DNA of 62,513 bases, the filler included, from Sphacelaria rigidula (Eukaryota): NCBI GenBank assembly GCA_964200075.2. It is 5 parts of 5 records of this genome, joined end to end, with 100 filler letters (N's around TTAATTAATTAA, not from the genome) between each part and the next. Parts side by side here need not be neighbours in the genome. Positions count along the whole stretch, not along the records: positions 37,571 to 49,992 come from CAXNAA020003793.1; positions 50,093 to 62,513 come from CAXNAA020003794.1; 3 more parts are not named here. One strand, given 5' to 3'. Positions 37,726 to 51,093 of this stretch are shown piece by piece. The notes beneath the pieces were generated by a model. The model did not search any database, was not told the origin of the DNA, and saw only the letters and a program-made list of their open reading frames with translations. The stretch's first letter is position 1, and the number at the start of each line of letters is the position of its first letter. Made by a program: the position numbers and the translations under genes.

Positions 37726-38977
37726 CCCCCCCCCTACCTCTCTATCGTATGATGACTGTTTCCGCCTTTGCCGATATTCGGTACCCGTACTGTAGTTCAT
37801 TACACATAACTTCCGAGCTCGAGAGTGCCTGCCGGCATGCTATAAACATGTGCCACACGCACGCGTTCTAGCTTCGTGGAGTCAAGACGCTGTCTCCTAC
37901 CGGATTTTGACGACTGCAGCGCAGATGTTACACACGAGCCCCGGTGATGCAGACTTCAGCTGATATGCCCCCTTTTTTTGTACGTCTTAGTCTACTATGC
38001 CGTTCTGTTCGACTTTTTTCTGTTCCTTCTTTTTCTTCAGCGAGTGTTGCAGTTTTTTTTTTCTTGGGTACGTCTATCATGTGGATAATGACCACGGCTG
38101 AACCCCTGGGGGGGGTCAGTGAGAGTGCGGCAATCAATCAATCAATCATCCACACCGTGGACAACAGAGTGCACAGTCAAAAGTGTACTGCGTATAGTAT
38201 CGACTATTGCGGCTATTGCAATATACAATAGATTCCATACTGTACGCAGTTCATTTTTTTATGATTGTACAGGGTGTGCAATAATCAAATGCCAAACCAC
38301 GCTTGCATCGATGCGACCAAGAGTAGAAGAGCGGTTCTTCGGTAGGGGTGCACGATTATCTTCTGAGGCTTTGCACTGTCGGGGCCTCTGGGATGACAAA
38401 CATCTAGGCCTTGGTGTGCAGCCTCGGGAATCGTTTGGACGGAAGAGTGCACCTCTACCGCAGGAACAATCCCTCAGTATTCAGATTTTTTACAGCTTCC
38501 TTGTTTGTCATAATAACAAGGGTACTCTACAAGCGATGCCCTGAGGTGAAACACGAACTATCGCCGCAGCAGAGTCTTTGGGGCGTTACAGGCGCGCGGG
38601 GAAGGGGAAACGTAGGTTGTGACAAAAAAATGACGCGATATCGTGGAAATATGAGAGAGTTAAGCCGGAGAGCCGCCAGAAATATCTACAAAATAAGTGT
38701 CAATAATTCAGATAGTATTGGCATGCCAATAAGAGCCCCCGAATGATCATTTCTGATGAAACTGCAGAAAGTAAAGAGAAAGACGATGTATTTTGCAACG
38801 CAAACACACTGGTTCGATTCCTCTTCATCATCAGCTGTTTTCTTTGCCCTCCTTTGCGTCAAAGTTATTTTACTTTTGATCTCAGAGCAAAAAGAAAAAA
38901 AAAAACGCGATTTCCTCCGTACACATCCCTGCAAAAAAGTAAAAAGACGATTTTCCTCTCCTTTGCGCTCCCTGCAG

Positions 38978-41900
38978 TGCTCTCGAGCAAACCTCGCGAT
39001 GGTTGAGCACGTTTCTCCATCACTGCTGGACTTTACCCGAGCCCGGGAGGCGCAAGATTCATCAGGTTCTCCATGTTGCCCAGGTTCGTCGATTTCTCCG
39101 GACTGTCTGGAAAGTTTCTCGGGTTCTCCTTACTCTCCGGAAGGCCCAAATCGTTCTCGGGGATCTCCGAGCTCTCCGAGCTCCCAGGGATCTCCGATCG
39201 TCTCGGATTCTGCTTGTGATGCGGCGGATGTCATCCGTCGGCAGAGATTTGACGTGTTCTGTATGCGAGTGGAGAAGGTGGTGGAGAAGGGGCCGTGCGG
39301 GCGGACGGCGAGGACCTGCATGTCATTCGGATTCACGCAGGTACGGTTTTACTAGCCACGCTAACAACGGGCCTATCAATCTGACCTGCGGTCACACGAT
39401 ATGTGGAGATCTGGGGACCGCAGTAGTATGCCGTAATGCAACACACAGCGTGAGATAACTGGCCATGCAGGCAGGATCAAACACGTGACATGGGGTCCTT
39501 TGACCGTAAGATGCGACACAATTTTTGCGGTCCCTCCCGCTGAAATTGGCACATCAGTTTCGACTGAAAGATGTATTTGCCTGCTATCCTTACAGACACG
39601 AGGTGAAAGCAAGTGCGAGGGACTTCTGTACGCATGGTCAACTTCTTACCGTCAGATGAACCCTTTAACAGGGGGTACTGAAAAACGGGGACGAGATTTT
39701 TCCGTGGGGTTCACTGGTACGTTTTGACCCGGTAATAGTTTCGACTTCAGTTCGTTCGTACAGAAAAATCTCGTTCCCATTTTTCAGAATCCCCTGTTGT
39801 TCCTCACCTTTCTGTGACCGTGGGTATTTCATGCTTTACTGTGTTGGTGCGGGTCGCCATGAATCTACCCCTTCATACAGACATAGGAGCTGTCCACCAC
39901 GTCTGCATATGTCAACAGGACTGCATGGTTATGTTAACGCCTCCAGCTCGTAGCGGGCAAAGTTGAAAAAATAAACAGTGTTTTTGGCAAAGGAGACGAA
40001 GTTGGACTTATTTTTTTTTTATCGCGGAGGAAAAATTCGGTCGTCCATGAAAGGCCAAGTAACGAGCAAGCGTTCGCATTGAAAAACATCCAACAAATAG
40101 GACATATATTTTTTCTTGTTTCTCGGCCGTCGTCAGTCCGGTCTCTTAATCACTGTGCTTTTGTTTTTCTTCCAATCTTTCTCTTCCATTTCTCCAACAT
40201 TTCGTGCGTGATTTATCGTTATATCATTCGCGTTTCCTCCTGTAGTAACAATTTTCTCTCTCGTTTTTCTCGCTCACGACCCCATTTTTTAGATCACCGC
40301 CGGATTTACAGTAAGTGAATCAGTTGATACGAGACTTGGTTCGAGGTTCCGAGACGCCCGACGGACAATTTTAGTTCTTGGAGTAGAAGCGAGGGGGCGG
40401 GATCCATCAGAATAATCGGTATAAGTTGGAGGCTAAGGGTGAGCGGAGTATCTGTCTATAAAAAGCGACAACGCCAATTCACGCTCGTCATCTGATATAT
40501 TACACCATCACGGAGCAGCGTTAAACCATATCCGCCACTAGGGCCTAGGGCCACTGCATCTCAGCCATCCATACAATTTGACCCCAAAAAACCTTATTAT
40601 ATCTTCCGCAGCGGCTGGGGTGGAGTGGGCGGGATCAACTCCGTGGAAATGAGCGGCTGATGCAGCAAGATTGTTATGATAGTATCCGTTTGGGGTGTGC
40701 CTACGATAGCAAAAGATATACTCGTACGTGTCCGGACATTAAGCGCACATTCTGTTGGCGTTTTGAGACACGTAGAGCAGCATTCTCGCGGAGGAGAATC
40801 GGCCGGGAGGGGACGATCTTTAGTTGTCCGGATACAACAAGGGTGTAGAAAAGGGTCCCCTTATCAGGGAAAGGCGAAGCATAGAGGCGATAAAACTATA
40901 GAAAGCGACAGCACCAATTCACGCTCGTCATCTGATATATTGCATCATCATGAAGCAGCGTTAAACCATACCTGCCAATGGGGCCAAGGGCCACTGCATC
41001 TCAGCCATCCATAAAATTTGACACCAAAAAACCTTATCAGATTTTCTGCAGCGGCTGGGGTGGGGGGGGGTACGTATTCATTTGTTGCTTGCCTTAGTCG
41101 TTTGACCATTGCGACCATGCATCCCTTTCGAGGCGGAGTACTCGGGGCGGGGTGGGCGGGATCAGTTCTGTGTAAATGAGCGGCTGATGCAGCAAGATTT
41201 TTATGACATTATCTGTTGGGGGTGTGCCTACAATAGAAAGATTTATACTCGTACGTATCCGAACATTAAGCGCACATTCTGTTGGCGTTTTAAGACACGT
41301 AGAGCAGCATCCTCCCGGGGAAAATCGCCCGGGAGGGGAAGATCTTTAGTTGTCCGCATACAACAAGGGTGTAGAAAAGGGTCCCCTTATCAGGGAAAGG
41401 CGAAGCGCAGAGGGACGATAAAATTAATCATTATACAGAGGACTAGAATCTCAAGTTTTGCGCTAAACCAACAACATTTGCAGCGACTAGGCTGACGGAT
41501 GATGTGTTCATCGCTGGTCATTGTGATACTGATACGTCCTGTCTCTCGGGTTCATTTTCCGTAACAACAGGTGGTTGCTTCGGAGACCGTCGGCGACGAC
41601 TACAGCACGCACGTCGCCAGAGCGATCGCAGGTTCCTTTGCTCAGGTACGCTTCGTGGTTCGCGTAAGGTTTCGCAAAAGACAGCTTCGAGACCATCGGT
41701 CCGTCGGCAGTATGTTTTCCGCAGAGAAACGTTTGACTCCCAATCGAGCGGTAGTTCATGTCTTACCTGTGTCTTGTACCACACCACAAAAATCACTGCC
41801 TAGCTAGACAATTAACTCACCGAATGTGTACGCTTATCGAGAGCATCGCTCTCCGACGTCGGAAAATTCGAGCTGTATGTTTCTTCTGTTCACCGAGATA

Positions 41901-42567
41901 TGGCGAGTACACGTATCAGGGAATATGAAATGATGGAAGTGCCTGGGTGACTCACCAGAGCGTACGGCGCACTTTGAGGTGCTTGCACGAGTGAAGGAAT
42001 TCTACTTTTTGTGCTGAATTTTGCTCGTGTCCGTGCCGTCGGCCCCGGACACACTTTTTTGCGGTCATGTAATGAGAACAGCCAACTGCTGCTGCTCTAC
42101 TGCGTTTCGGAGCAATACTCCGTCCGTGTGTCTGTGTGTCTGCGTGTCTGGCTTCCGGTCCGTCTGTGCATCAATATATATATATATATATATACCTATC
42201 TATGTCTGTCCCTCCTCTCATATTTTCCCCACCTTACAACAATGGATACCCAAGGTCCGGGTGGCTGGTGTCCCCGTCATCAAACGCAAGTCATATTCCT
42301 GCGAAGGGGAAGGAACTGCCTCGGGCGTGTCCGCACGCCAGGGCCGTGAGCGGGACCCCACGGCATCGTCGGGGGCGGGGGTCGCACCCACTGCACATGA
42401 GGGGAGTGTCAAGTCTGAAGCAGTGGTCCTGGGTACGACGGACGTGGTGTGGTCGGGCTCCATGCACGTGGGGTGAGTGCGTGTGAAACTTCGGTCCGGC
42501 TGTCGACGTGGTTCTTAAAGTCCAACTCTGACGGCGAATGTAGCCCCCACCTTGAAATATAGATTTC

Positions 42568-42605
<38 letters not shown>

Positions 42606-45600
42606 GTATTCCGCTCATAGGATAATGGTCAAGTACGTGAGTAATGAAGCGAGCCAGGGATCCGTGGTCCACGGTCAAACGACCGAGGCAAGTGACAAAT
42701 GAGTACGCGCCTCCCTTCCCCCACCCCTCCCCCCAACAGTCGCCCGTTGGAAACCCTGGGATGTTGCATTTGTTACCTTGGAAGCGGTGGCAATATGCTG
42801 TTTCAGAGTACGTCGTGTGTTATCCTGTTCTGAAGTATGAAGAAACAAAGTCACCAGTCGGAGAATTGGTCCCGGCGACCACACCGATAGGTGGACCATG
42901 AAGCTCTCTCACGCACCGCGGTCCGGGCGGGTATATAAAAAGGCGCATTTCTTTTTCACGAGAAGAGTGATATGTGCCGATTAAATTGCCGAGATGAATA
43001 GGAGTTGGTTTTGAAATTGAATTTCCACCGCTTCGTTTTTCTTGTACAACAATGAACACTCAGCTCTTCACCATATAGTGGTAGACTTGTTGACAAGTGT
43101 ACACCTTTGTTTTTCGGCCTGATTACTTGATGAATAATAAACAATAACCAGTAATAATGAATAATAATAACAAAAGAATAACTTTCGCCCGGTGGACCGA
43201 GAGTGGGGTGGGTCGGCTGTTGCGGAATGGTCGGAAAAAGGGGGAGGTCAGCTCTCAACCGCAGTCGTGGCCGATTCGTTCGGAAAGAACACGTCCCGTT
43301 AATGAACTGTGAGCCACATGTGTTGACCGTTCCTTTTTTCAAATCCTCGCCATCAACTGTTGGTGTTGACAAAAAAAAAGGTATATCTTGTGAAATTTGG
43401 TCAGTTTTGAGGGTTCAGGGAGACTAACGGAAACATAATTTATTGCCCACAAAACGGCAGGCGAGAGTCCAGAAAACGACACAAAATGAAAAAAAAGTTT
43501 CATATTGTCAAAACATGGTACCACCCAAGTCAAATAGTGACGAGCAAGTATACCTTGCCATTTTTGGTCACTGCAGGGTACAGAACAGCTCTGATGGACA
43601 GCCCACAACGTTGCAGCTGTGTAAGACACCACCTCATGTATTTTCTTCCGTTTTTTGTGTGGTACATGTGTAGTGTTGAGGCGGAGAAGTACTGCGTGTT
43701 TTAGGCAAAAACGGCTGGAATTGCGCACAGCCCACGCCTTTTTGCGCCGCAACAAGGACGCTCTGATCACCACTCCCTCAAGAGGGCGAAACCGACAAGG
43801 TATTTGTTTCCTAGCCCCAGTGCTTTTCTACCATGATGGGAATGAAAGTATCGTTCACTAAAGTCATTCGAGCTTTCTTTGGTGCACAACTATTGCGACG
43901 AAGGGCGCTCCCTTTGGTTTCGCCGTTATATATATATATGGAGTAACTACCCGTTGCCCGTCGATGCCTGCAAGCTGGGATGCATGGCCCACTGAGACGG
44001 AACACCATCGCTGTTTCATGTTCCGGTCGTGTTCAAGTGCCGGCGTCTTTTGATCCCCTTGCATATCCCCCTTTCGGTGCGGTATCTGTTCAATTTTCAC
44101 ACCTTTGGTGTAATATCGACGATTCGACGCGAACTACTAGGTATACACTGACTACCACCATCGGGAGTACGGAATACTTCATACCGCACTGTGAACGCTT
44201 GGGTTCGCCTCTGGTTCGCGAATTTCTTCCGCTCACTCCTCACGAGGGAAAAGTGATTGCATCGCTCTTTTTCCCGGCGCGCGGTGCTTCCCGTCGACTC
44301 CCCGCTCTTCTCCCTCTCTCCCGCGTTCCTTCCGCCGCAAAAAACCCAGGTTAATACAGATGAGTAAAAAGTTGACTCATACGATTGACTACATCATAGG
44401 AGTGCCACCTCCACCCCCTCCGCAAAAATTTCTGAGAAGTTTCCGCGTGGTCAAGGGTCACGCACGCTGCGCCTTTTCGGCAGTACTGCAGGACAGCGCG
44501 CGGCCCCCACCTCCGTACCCGGGAGGCATTCCAGGTTCTACCGCCGCGAAAACAACGCCTCCGTCCAAGAATACGAGGCGAGTTTGATGAAATATATTTT
44601 TTCTCTCTGGGAGCAATGCTGCGATCGGGGTTGCACGTTTTCAGCGGAAACGTTTCTCGGGGCTTCTCGGGGTGTTGGACGGGTCATTTTTGAGAATCGG
44701 CATCATTTTTACTCGAGAAATACTGAAAATGATGCCGATTCACGAAAAGACCCCTGCGTGCAAATACCATATTTCAGAGTAAGCCCCATATATTTGGGCT
44801 TCTACAAAAAGGAGACCCAGAAACAAAAAGTGCAACCCCTCCCGTGGCATTTCTCCTGGATAAGTGCTACATCAGCATAAATGGTTTCTGTCGGACGCTC
44901 GACTAGGGTGTGCTACAACAGCTTCCGTTCTGCACACCTTGGTACCCGAACCAATATATTTTACTCATCATGCTTGTATGCATAGGGGAGCTGCTGCACG
45001 CTCTTTTAAGCCAGATAGCCAATACGCGCAGGTGATTTATTTGTGCTAATAATAATGATAACAACAACAACAACAACAACAACAATAATAATGATAATAA
45101 CAACAGTAATAATAATAATAATAATAATAATGATAATAATAGTAATAATAATAGTAATAATAATAGCAATAATAATAGTAATAATAGTAGTAATAATAAT
45201 AGTAATAATGATAATAGCAAACGTGATGTACGTACGTACGGGAACGACCGCAATTCCCCCCTCATCTGCGCATGTGCGTATGTGTGTGCGGCAATACGTC
45301 TACCTCTCTCCTTCTCCGCCATCAGCAGCTACGGTAACGTGCCGTGGTTCCACGACAGACTGGACGTTCGGTTCGACAACTTGCGCTTTGCTACCTCGAA
45401 GGAATTACCGCGGTCACTGTCATCGCTGGTCCCGCCAGGCGCTGGCGATATTCCACGACAATCCGTGGCCCCTTCTTTACCCTCCGGAAAAACAAGGACG
45501 ACAACAGCGTCGAAGGCGGAGGATTGCATAAATAGTCCTGAAGTAGACAAAGAGGCGACGTTGACGGCTGATGTCCTCCAGCTGCTTGTGCCAAATCTTG

Positions 45601-48600
45601 GGCAGAGCGCGTCGGCTACTACGCATGCTACCTCCGGCGGCGACAAAGTTTGCCATGAGCAGCAGAACGAGGAGGAACGCGTAGACTCTCGGAACGAGGC
45701 CCCGAAGGTTCGGATGACACAACGGGGTCGGCGAAGTTGGCTCCCGGAGCCCAAGCCTGTGTATCAATACCTAGACGAGAGTGATTGCAGGTGCGTGTGT
45801 GTGCATGCAAGACCGCGCGTTCCAGGCGTCGGTCTACCCCAGCAGTTTTCACATCGGGAACGACGGAGAAATGGAGTGCCGAATCTGGACGAATATATTC
45901 CGGATGACTGAAATATTTTACATGCGAGTAGTGCTTTTCTATGGAAGGCGTGGCTCGTTGATTGCTGACGGGTGGATGAGTGAGGGTGGGCGGGGTGGCG
46001 TAGGAAAGTAGATCGAAGTGGACCATCTTCAACGAATACGTTGGCATTTCGTGAGGTTGCCTTCCGGCTTGATCCGGGAGCACGCCGCTTCTCTCATGTA
46101 AAAATCTCCTCACCCCGCACGTTAACCTCTCCGCTCTCTCACCTTCTTCGTTCGATCACTTTATCCCGCCTGCCGTTACCGCGCAACATCCTCCCAGTTT
46201 CCAAGACCCGTTGGAAGACAGACAGTGCCCACCATCAATTATCTGGCCGAGCGATGTCTCGATGGAGCAGACTGTCCACGTTCGTGGGCTCAGGTACCAC
46301 ACAAGCGTGCGGTGGATCAAGCCACGAGAGTCACAAAGCCGGGCCGACCGCACCGGTTCAGGACTTCCCAGGTTGAGGTCGGCCATGAGCATCGACTTAT
46401 CAACGGCGGGGGTGGTTGTGACCATCGTTCCAGGTGTTCAGCTCGGGAACTTGCAGGTGGCAGCGCTATCCCAGTGGAAGGGGGTCCAGACAGCTCTTGG
46501 TGAGCGATGTTTACCAGCTACGAATAATGATCTGTAGGCAAGCAAATCGCACACAGCATTGCTTGATATTCAATGCACTTCAATGGTGCCTATCGTGGGA
46601 TCTGAAACAGACAACCTGGTCACGTTCGGGTCGGAGATCACTCCGAGGAGGTAACGGGTGACACTGATCTCCTCCTCGCCCACCCACATATATATCCGGG
46701 GTCGATCCATTCGCCATTTTCTCATCCCCCTAAAAGTCCATTCCCGCCCATATTTCTCAGGAGAGCCGTCGGCGTCTGAGGTCACCGACGAGTGCTCGAC
46801 ATCAATCCTGCTGAGCGGGGGGATACAAATTGTGGTGCCAATTCCGGGGGTGAAAGCCTTGGATTCGCCCAGCGCTTCCGCCCCCGCTACCCCAGACGGT
46901 GGCAGCCGTGGACGACCAACACCGCTGTCAACTCCACCGTTTTCTCCGATGTCTGATCCTGTCGATGTTCCTAGCCGCCGGCGTAGCAGCGGCTTCGGCG
47001 CTCTCTCCGGGGCCTCTTGGTCTCCACTATCCTTTCTTTGCCTGAATGGTGTCGGCGGAGCCGATGTCACGGAAGCGGGCGCACGGACCGACAGCTCGAG
47101 GGCCGACCGTGCGAACGACCAAGTGGCGTCTCCGACGACGGCACCGACGGCGGTAGCAAAATCTGCCACGGAACCGCGCGGGGGCAGCTCCACCTCGCCG
47201 GAGAACCGGTCCATGATTCGTGGGACGAGAGCCCGCCGTTTGCGCGGTAGAAGCTGTGACGGTCGTAGGAATAGCAGCGGCAGCGGCAGCGGCAGCAGCG
47301 GCCGTAGTAGCGGCGGCCTCGGATCATTTCTTCAAAGCCTCAGCAACAGGTCCGACATCAACGGGGTGGCAAGCGGCGGCGACCCGGACAGGAACAGCTG
47401 CTTGATTAGCAGTCCGCCCCGGAAGGCTAATGACAAGCTCTCCCGCAATCGGAGCCGCAGACGGTCCAGCTGTACACGGGAAACAAAGAGCGGCGTCGCA
47501 GAACAGCAGCGTCCCGATTCTTCACAAGGTCAGACTCGGAAGTATGCGACGACGATGAGAGGGGTACGATGTTGATGTCGCTCAGACGCGTGGTGGGAGG
47601 GAAAGCATGAGCAGCGAACGTGACACCTCCCTTTCCTGCTCCTCAGGATGGTGTTGAGAGGTTTTAGAATCTACGCGGTGGTTGCCGGAGCGTAATGTCG
47701 TCACGTGTTCCTACGAACGAGCACTCATTATGCCTGTCGTTCCTCGTCCTCCCCCTTCCCCCTACCGAGAACAGATACCCTCATATAGTGGCATAATGTG
47801 AAATATACAAGGAGGAACGGGATGTGTTAGAGGGGGGAATATGGGAAGTAAATAAAGGTGGCATGAAAATGCTAGATACATTAGACAGTAATGCGCGCCG
47901 AAAAGTTGGAGTTGTCTCTATTAGGAGTAGGAACGGTGCTTCGTCTCGAAAGAGATGCGTCGATAATGATCGAACGACTAAGGCAAGCAGAAAATGAGTA
48001 CCCCCTCCCCCCCCCGTAGGAATGGTGCTCCATCTCGAAAGGGATGCGTGGTCAGTGGTCAAACGACTAAGGCAAGCAACAGATAAGCACGCCCTGCCCC
48101 CCCCCCCCTCCCCTCTCCCTCCCAACTCAGAAGAGATACCGTCCACAGGTGAGTGCGGGGGGTAGAGGACAAAAGGAAACAAAATAATAGATATCAGGGA
48201 AAAGCTAGCGTCTAGAAAAAGAGTGAAAGAGGAGGACGACTTGAAGATATATAGGAGTTCAAGAGAAAAGGTGGAGACGAAAACATACTTGCAGGGCTCA
48301 ATGCACTACGCGAAAACGCTGAAGCAGCGACTTCGTGTGTGGTGCCTGAACCTTTCCGAAAGAAGAAGGGGGTACACCAGTAGTTGGGTGAAAGAGGAAG
48401 TAGATACACAGAATCGACCTGTGGCAAAGAAAGAGAGATTAGAGCCCATCTTGTGTGAGAATGTGAACTCTACAAGCAAGGACAGGACGCGTTGAAGGGG
48501 ATGAGGAAACTGAAAGATGGTGATATCAATGAGTTTTGCACACCAGATAGATGATGGCCACAGAAGGCGAATAAAGAAGGGGATAGGATGAATAAAACGT

Positions 48601-48885
48601 TCTTCCGCAATGTAGGACAAAACGTCATGGGCACCAAAATGTCGGAGGTGTCTCTATTAGGAGTAGCAACGGTTCTCCGTCTCGAAAGGGATGCTTGATC
48701 ACTGGTCGAATGACTAAGGCAAGCAACAAATAAGTACCTCCCCTCCCCGCCCCCCGCCGTCGATCAACGTTGCACGATTCTTCGATGCCTCAGAAAAATC
48801 TTCTTCAGGAGGCAGTGGTGACTATGGTGGCGTGTTTCGTGGAGCAAGATCTTCTCGTGGGTCCTTGAACGCGCCGGATGCCGAC
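38978..48885 (+). CDS. Unknown multi-exon protein with a C2-like domain split by insertions and long Ser/Gly/Arg-rich disordered regions (partial)
   Basis: Phase-consistent GT-AG exons 38978-39340, 42255-42472, 45329-45790, 46198-46499, 46761-47528 and 48794-48885. Spliced product has FGFTQVRVAG...VVLGTTDVVWSGSMHVGYGNVPWFHDRLDVRF. The start may be ATG 38999; the last exon is less certain. Confidence 0.75.
39667..39798. mobile_element. Small intronic MITE with ~33-bp TIRs
   Basis: AACAGGGGGTACTGAAAAACGGGACGAGATTTTT versus AAAAATCTCGTTCCCATTTTTCAGAATCCCCTGTT. Confidence 0.75.
40456..41422. repeat. Intronic tandem duplication of a 440-bp unit; second copy carries an ~85-bp insertion
   Basis: Units start at 40456 and 40896 and are colinear except for the insert at ~41062-41148. 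Confidence 0.88.
41071..41140 (-). mobile_element. Poly-C-associated short interspersed element, copy 2 (empty site visible in the paralogous unit)
   Basis: Reverse complement of the family consensus, between G-runs; absent at the equivalent site near 40621. Confidence 0.85.
42570..42602. repeat. (CA)n microsatellite
   Basis: Direct inspection. Confidence 0.95.
42655..42706 (+). mobile_element. Poly-C-associated short interspersed element, copy 3 (diverged)
   Basis: AGGGATCCGTGGTCCACGGTCAAACGACCGAGGCAAGTGACAAATGAGTAC followed by a C-rich tract. Confidence 0.7.
45047..45218. repeat. Compound (AAT/AAC/AGT)n trinucleotide microsatellite, intronic
   Basis: Direct inspection. Confidence 0.95.
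47912..48090 (+). mobile_element. Poly-C-associated short interspersed element, tandem copies 4 and 5
   Basis: 47912-48001 (longer 5' part TGTCTCTATTAGGAGTAG) and 48016-48090, each followed by a C-run. Confidence 0.8.
48648..48737 (+). mobile_element. Poly-C-associated short interspersed element, copy 6
   Basis: GTGTCTCTATTAGGAGTAGCAACGGTTCTCCGTCTCGAAAGGGATGC...CAAATAAGTAC plus C-run. Confidence 0.8.
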
Positions 48886-49739
48886 GTGAGTCGTTCAACG
48901 ATAGGGAGGATATAAGGCACAAGGACATTATATTCAAGATGCTGTCGGGTGCTGATCACACTGGGGTTTCCTGCCCCTCGGGAGCACTGCTGACCTCGCG
49001 TTTTTGCCTTGTCGTTGCACTACAACTCATCTTAATTCCGCGCCGCCAGAGCAGAAGCAAAACCGTGTCAAGTCACATCGGTCATGGTAGCGCGTCTTCC
49101 CGGGGGGGGGCAGCTCCAAGAAATGTGCTTGGTATATATTGATATTATTCTCGACTCTCTCGAGCCCGTCGTCACAGAGTGCAAGGAGCATACCATATAC
49201 TAGTGCTGATGAGTATCATCCCTTCCCCCCCCCTCCCCCCCCCGGACTCCTTCTCGTTGAACGACCGATGTGCACCAGCCGTCCGACGCAGCCATGAAGA
49301 GTGGTGCGGCGGTTTTGAGCCTCGGAGAGATCCATTTTAAGGCGAGTGAAGAAAGGAGTCCTTACCGGAGGCGTATTCCTGTTTGCCTTCCAGCGGGGGC
49401 GTTCCAGCGGGGGGGGGGGAAAGGGAGGGGAGGGGCGAGGGGGAAGGGGCGGGGGGGGGGCATCGCGATGTTCCCAACGCAGTAGTTTAGCGTCGACACT
49501 ATAATCGAGTATTTGAGACGGGCCATTCACGGTCGTACGATAGAACCAAGCAGTCCGGCTGTTCCTTCCTGACAGCTCGCGTCGAACGCCCTTCGTATGC
49601 AGCGGGAAACACGGAGTATTTGCAAGCAAAACAGGCACGAGAAAGGGTACGCCTTCATATCCGCAGGATCTAGATGAGCCTGCTCCACTGACTTCTCAAC
49701 CCCTCGGATCCCTCCAGAGCAGCACGCATCGCCAAGCAT

Positions 49740-49992
49740 GAAGGCAAACGGGAATACGCCTCCGGTAACGACTCCTTCCTTCACTTGCCTTGAAATTGAT
49801 CATCCCAAGGCTCAACACCGCCGCACCACTCTTCTTGGCTTTCTCGGAGTTGTTCTCTTTGAACGACCGATGTGCAGCAACCGTCCGAGAAAGCCAAGAA
49901 GAGTGGTGCGGCGGTGTTGAGCCTTGGGATGATCAATTTCAAGGCAAGTGAAGGAAGGAGTCGTTACCGGAGGCGTATTCCCGTTTGCCTTC
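49740..49992. repeat. Perfect 109-bp inverted repeat with 35-nt loop at the contig end; diverged copy at ~49250-49390
   Basis: 49740-49848 is the exact reverse complement of 49884-49992. Confidence 0.9.
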
Positions 49993-50092
49993 NNNNNNNN
50001 NNNNNNNNNNNNNNNNNNNNNNNNNNNNNNNNNNNNTTAATTAATTAANNNNNNNNNNNNNNNNNNNNNNNNNNNNNNNNNNNNNNNNNNNN
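49993..50092. other. Artificial contig linker
   Basis: N44-TTAATTAATTAA-N44. Confidence 0.97.
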
Positions 50093-50430
50093 CATGTGTT
50101 TTCGCCCTCAAATGGTATCAGTGAGCGGCAGTCGGGCTTGAGAAACCACGGCCATGAGCTTTTTTCGATTACGGCTATTATTTGGCGGGGGGGGGGGGGT
50201 TCTTCAGTGCTACTTACCCTCTAGTATTATTTTTCACCCACCTGGCCACTCACTTACGGCGTTGAGATCCAACCAGAGCGGGCGATGGTCCAAATATTCT
50301 TTTTTTTTGTTGAATAAACAGATAGATCCTGTTGTTAACACCCTGCGCTTTTTTTGTACCACGAGTACGATGCCAGACACAGCGCGTACAAATTTTCGAT
50401 CTTCCTCTCGATGCCTGTCCTACCCTAAAG

Positions 50431-51062
50431 GCAAGATATCCTTGTCGGAACTGGTGGACTCCATGCAGAGCCTGGGGTTTCACGACAAGAACCCCATGAT
50501 GTTCGAGATGGTCAACAAAATCAGTGCAAAACACGACGGCGGCAAGGCTACCTTCCCTCAGTTCGCTGAAGACCTGGCTGACCTCATCGTAAGGAAAGCA
50601 CTCGCGTGCCACGATATCATGTTTGTTCCAGGATGAATGTGTTGGAGGAAACACATTTATGTACGTATTGATCAATGGATTATCGCGCATCAAGTGATGA
50701 TCCAGTACGACTCCAGCCGTGTTCGCAACGTAGACGTACCCGAGGTAAACAAACGGAAACACTCTCTCGAGGAGCCTCGAGGACTGAGGATGGAAAAGAT
50801 AGGGAAACAACAGAGCAAACTGAAAGGAAGAGAAAAATATGTAGAGGATACAGAGTACGGAATAAAGAGAAGCGAAAATGAAATAAATATAGAAATTTCA
50901 AGCTGAGATGACAGGAGACGAGTCATCCTAAGATAGGGGGGGGGGGGGGGGGGGGGTGGTGGTTGGACGAAAAAAGAGGGCACATGGTTGTGCAAGAAAA
51001 CTCCCCCAACCCCGTGGGCTTTTATTTTATTCTCAANNNNNNNGGGGGGGGGGGGGGGGGGT

Positions 51063-51093
<31 letters not shown>

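Noticed and set aside
44903..45531. Poly-Leu and poly-Ile membrane-protein ORFs
   Set aside because: They are translations of an intronic trinucleotide microsatellite.
46570..47214. 214-aa minus-strand ORF
   Set aside because: It is antisense to a phase-consistent plus-strand exon (46761-47528).
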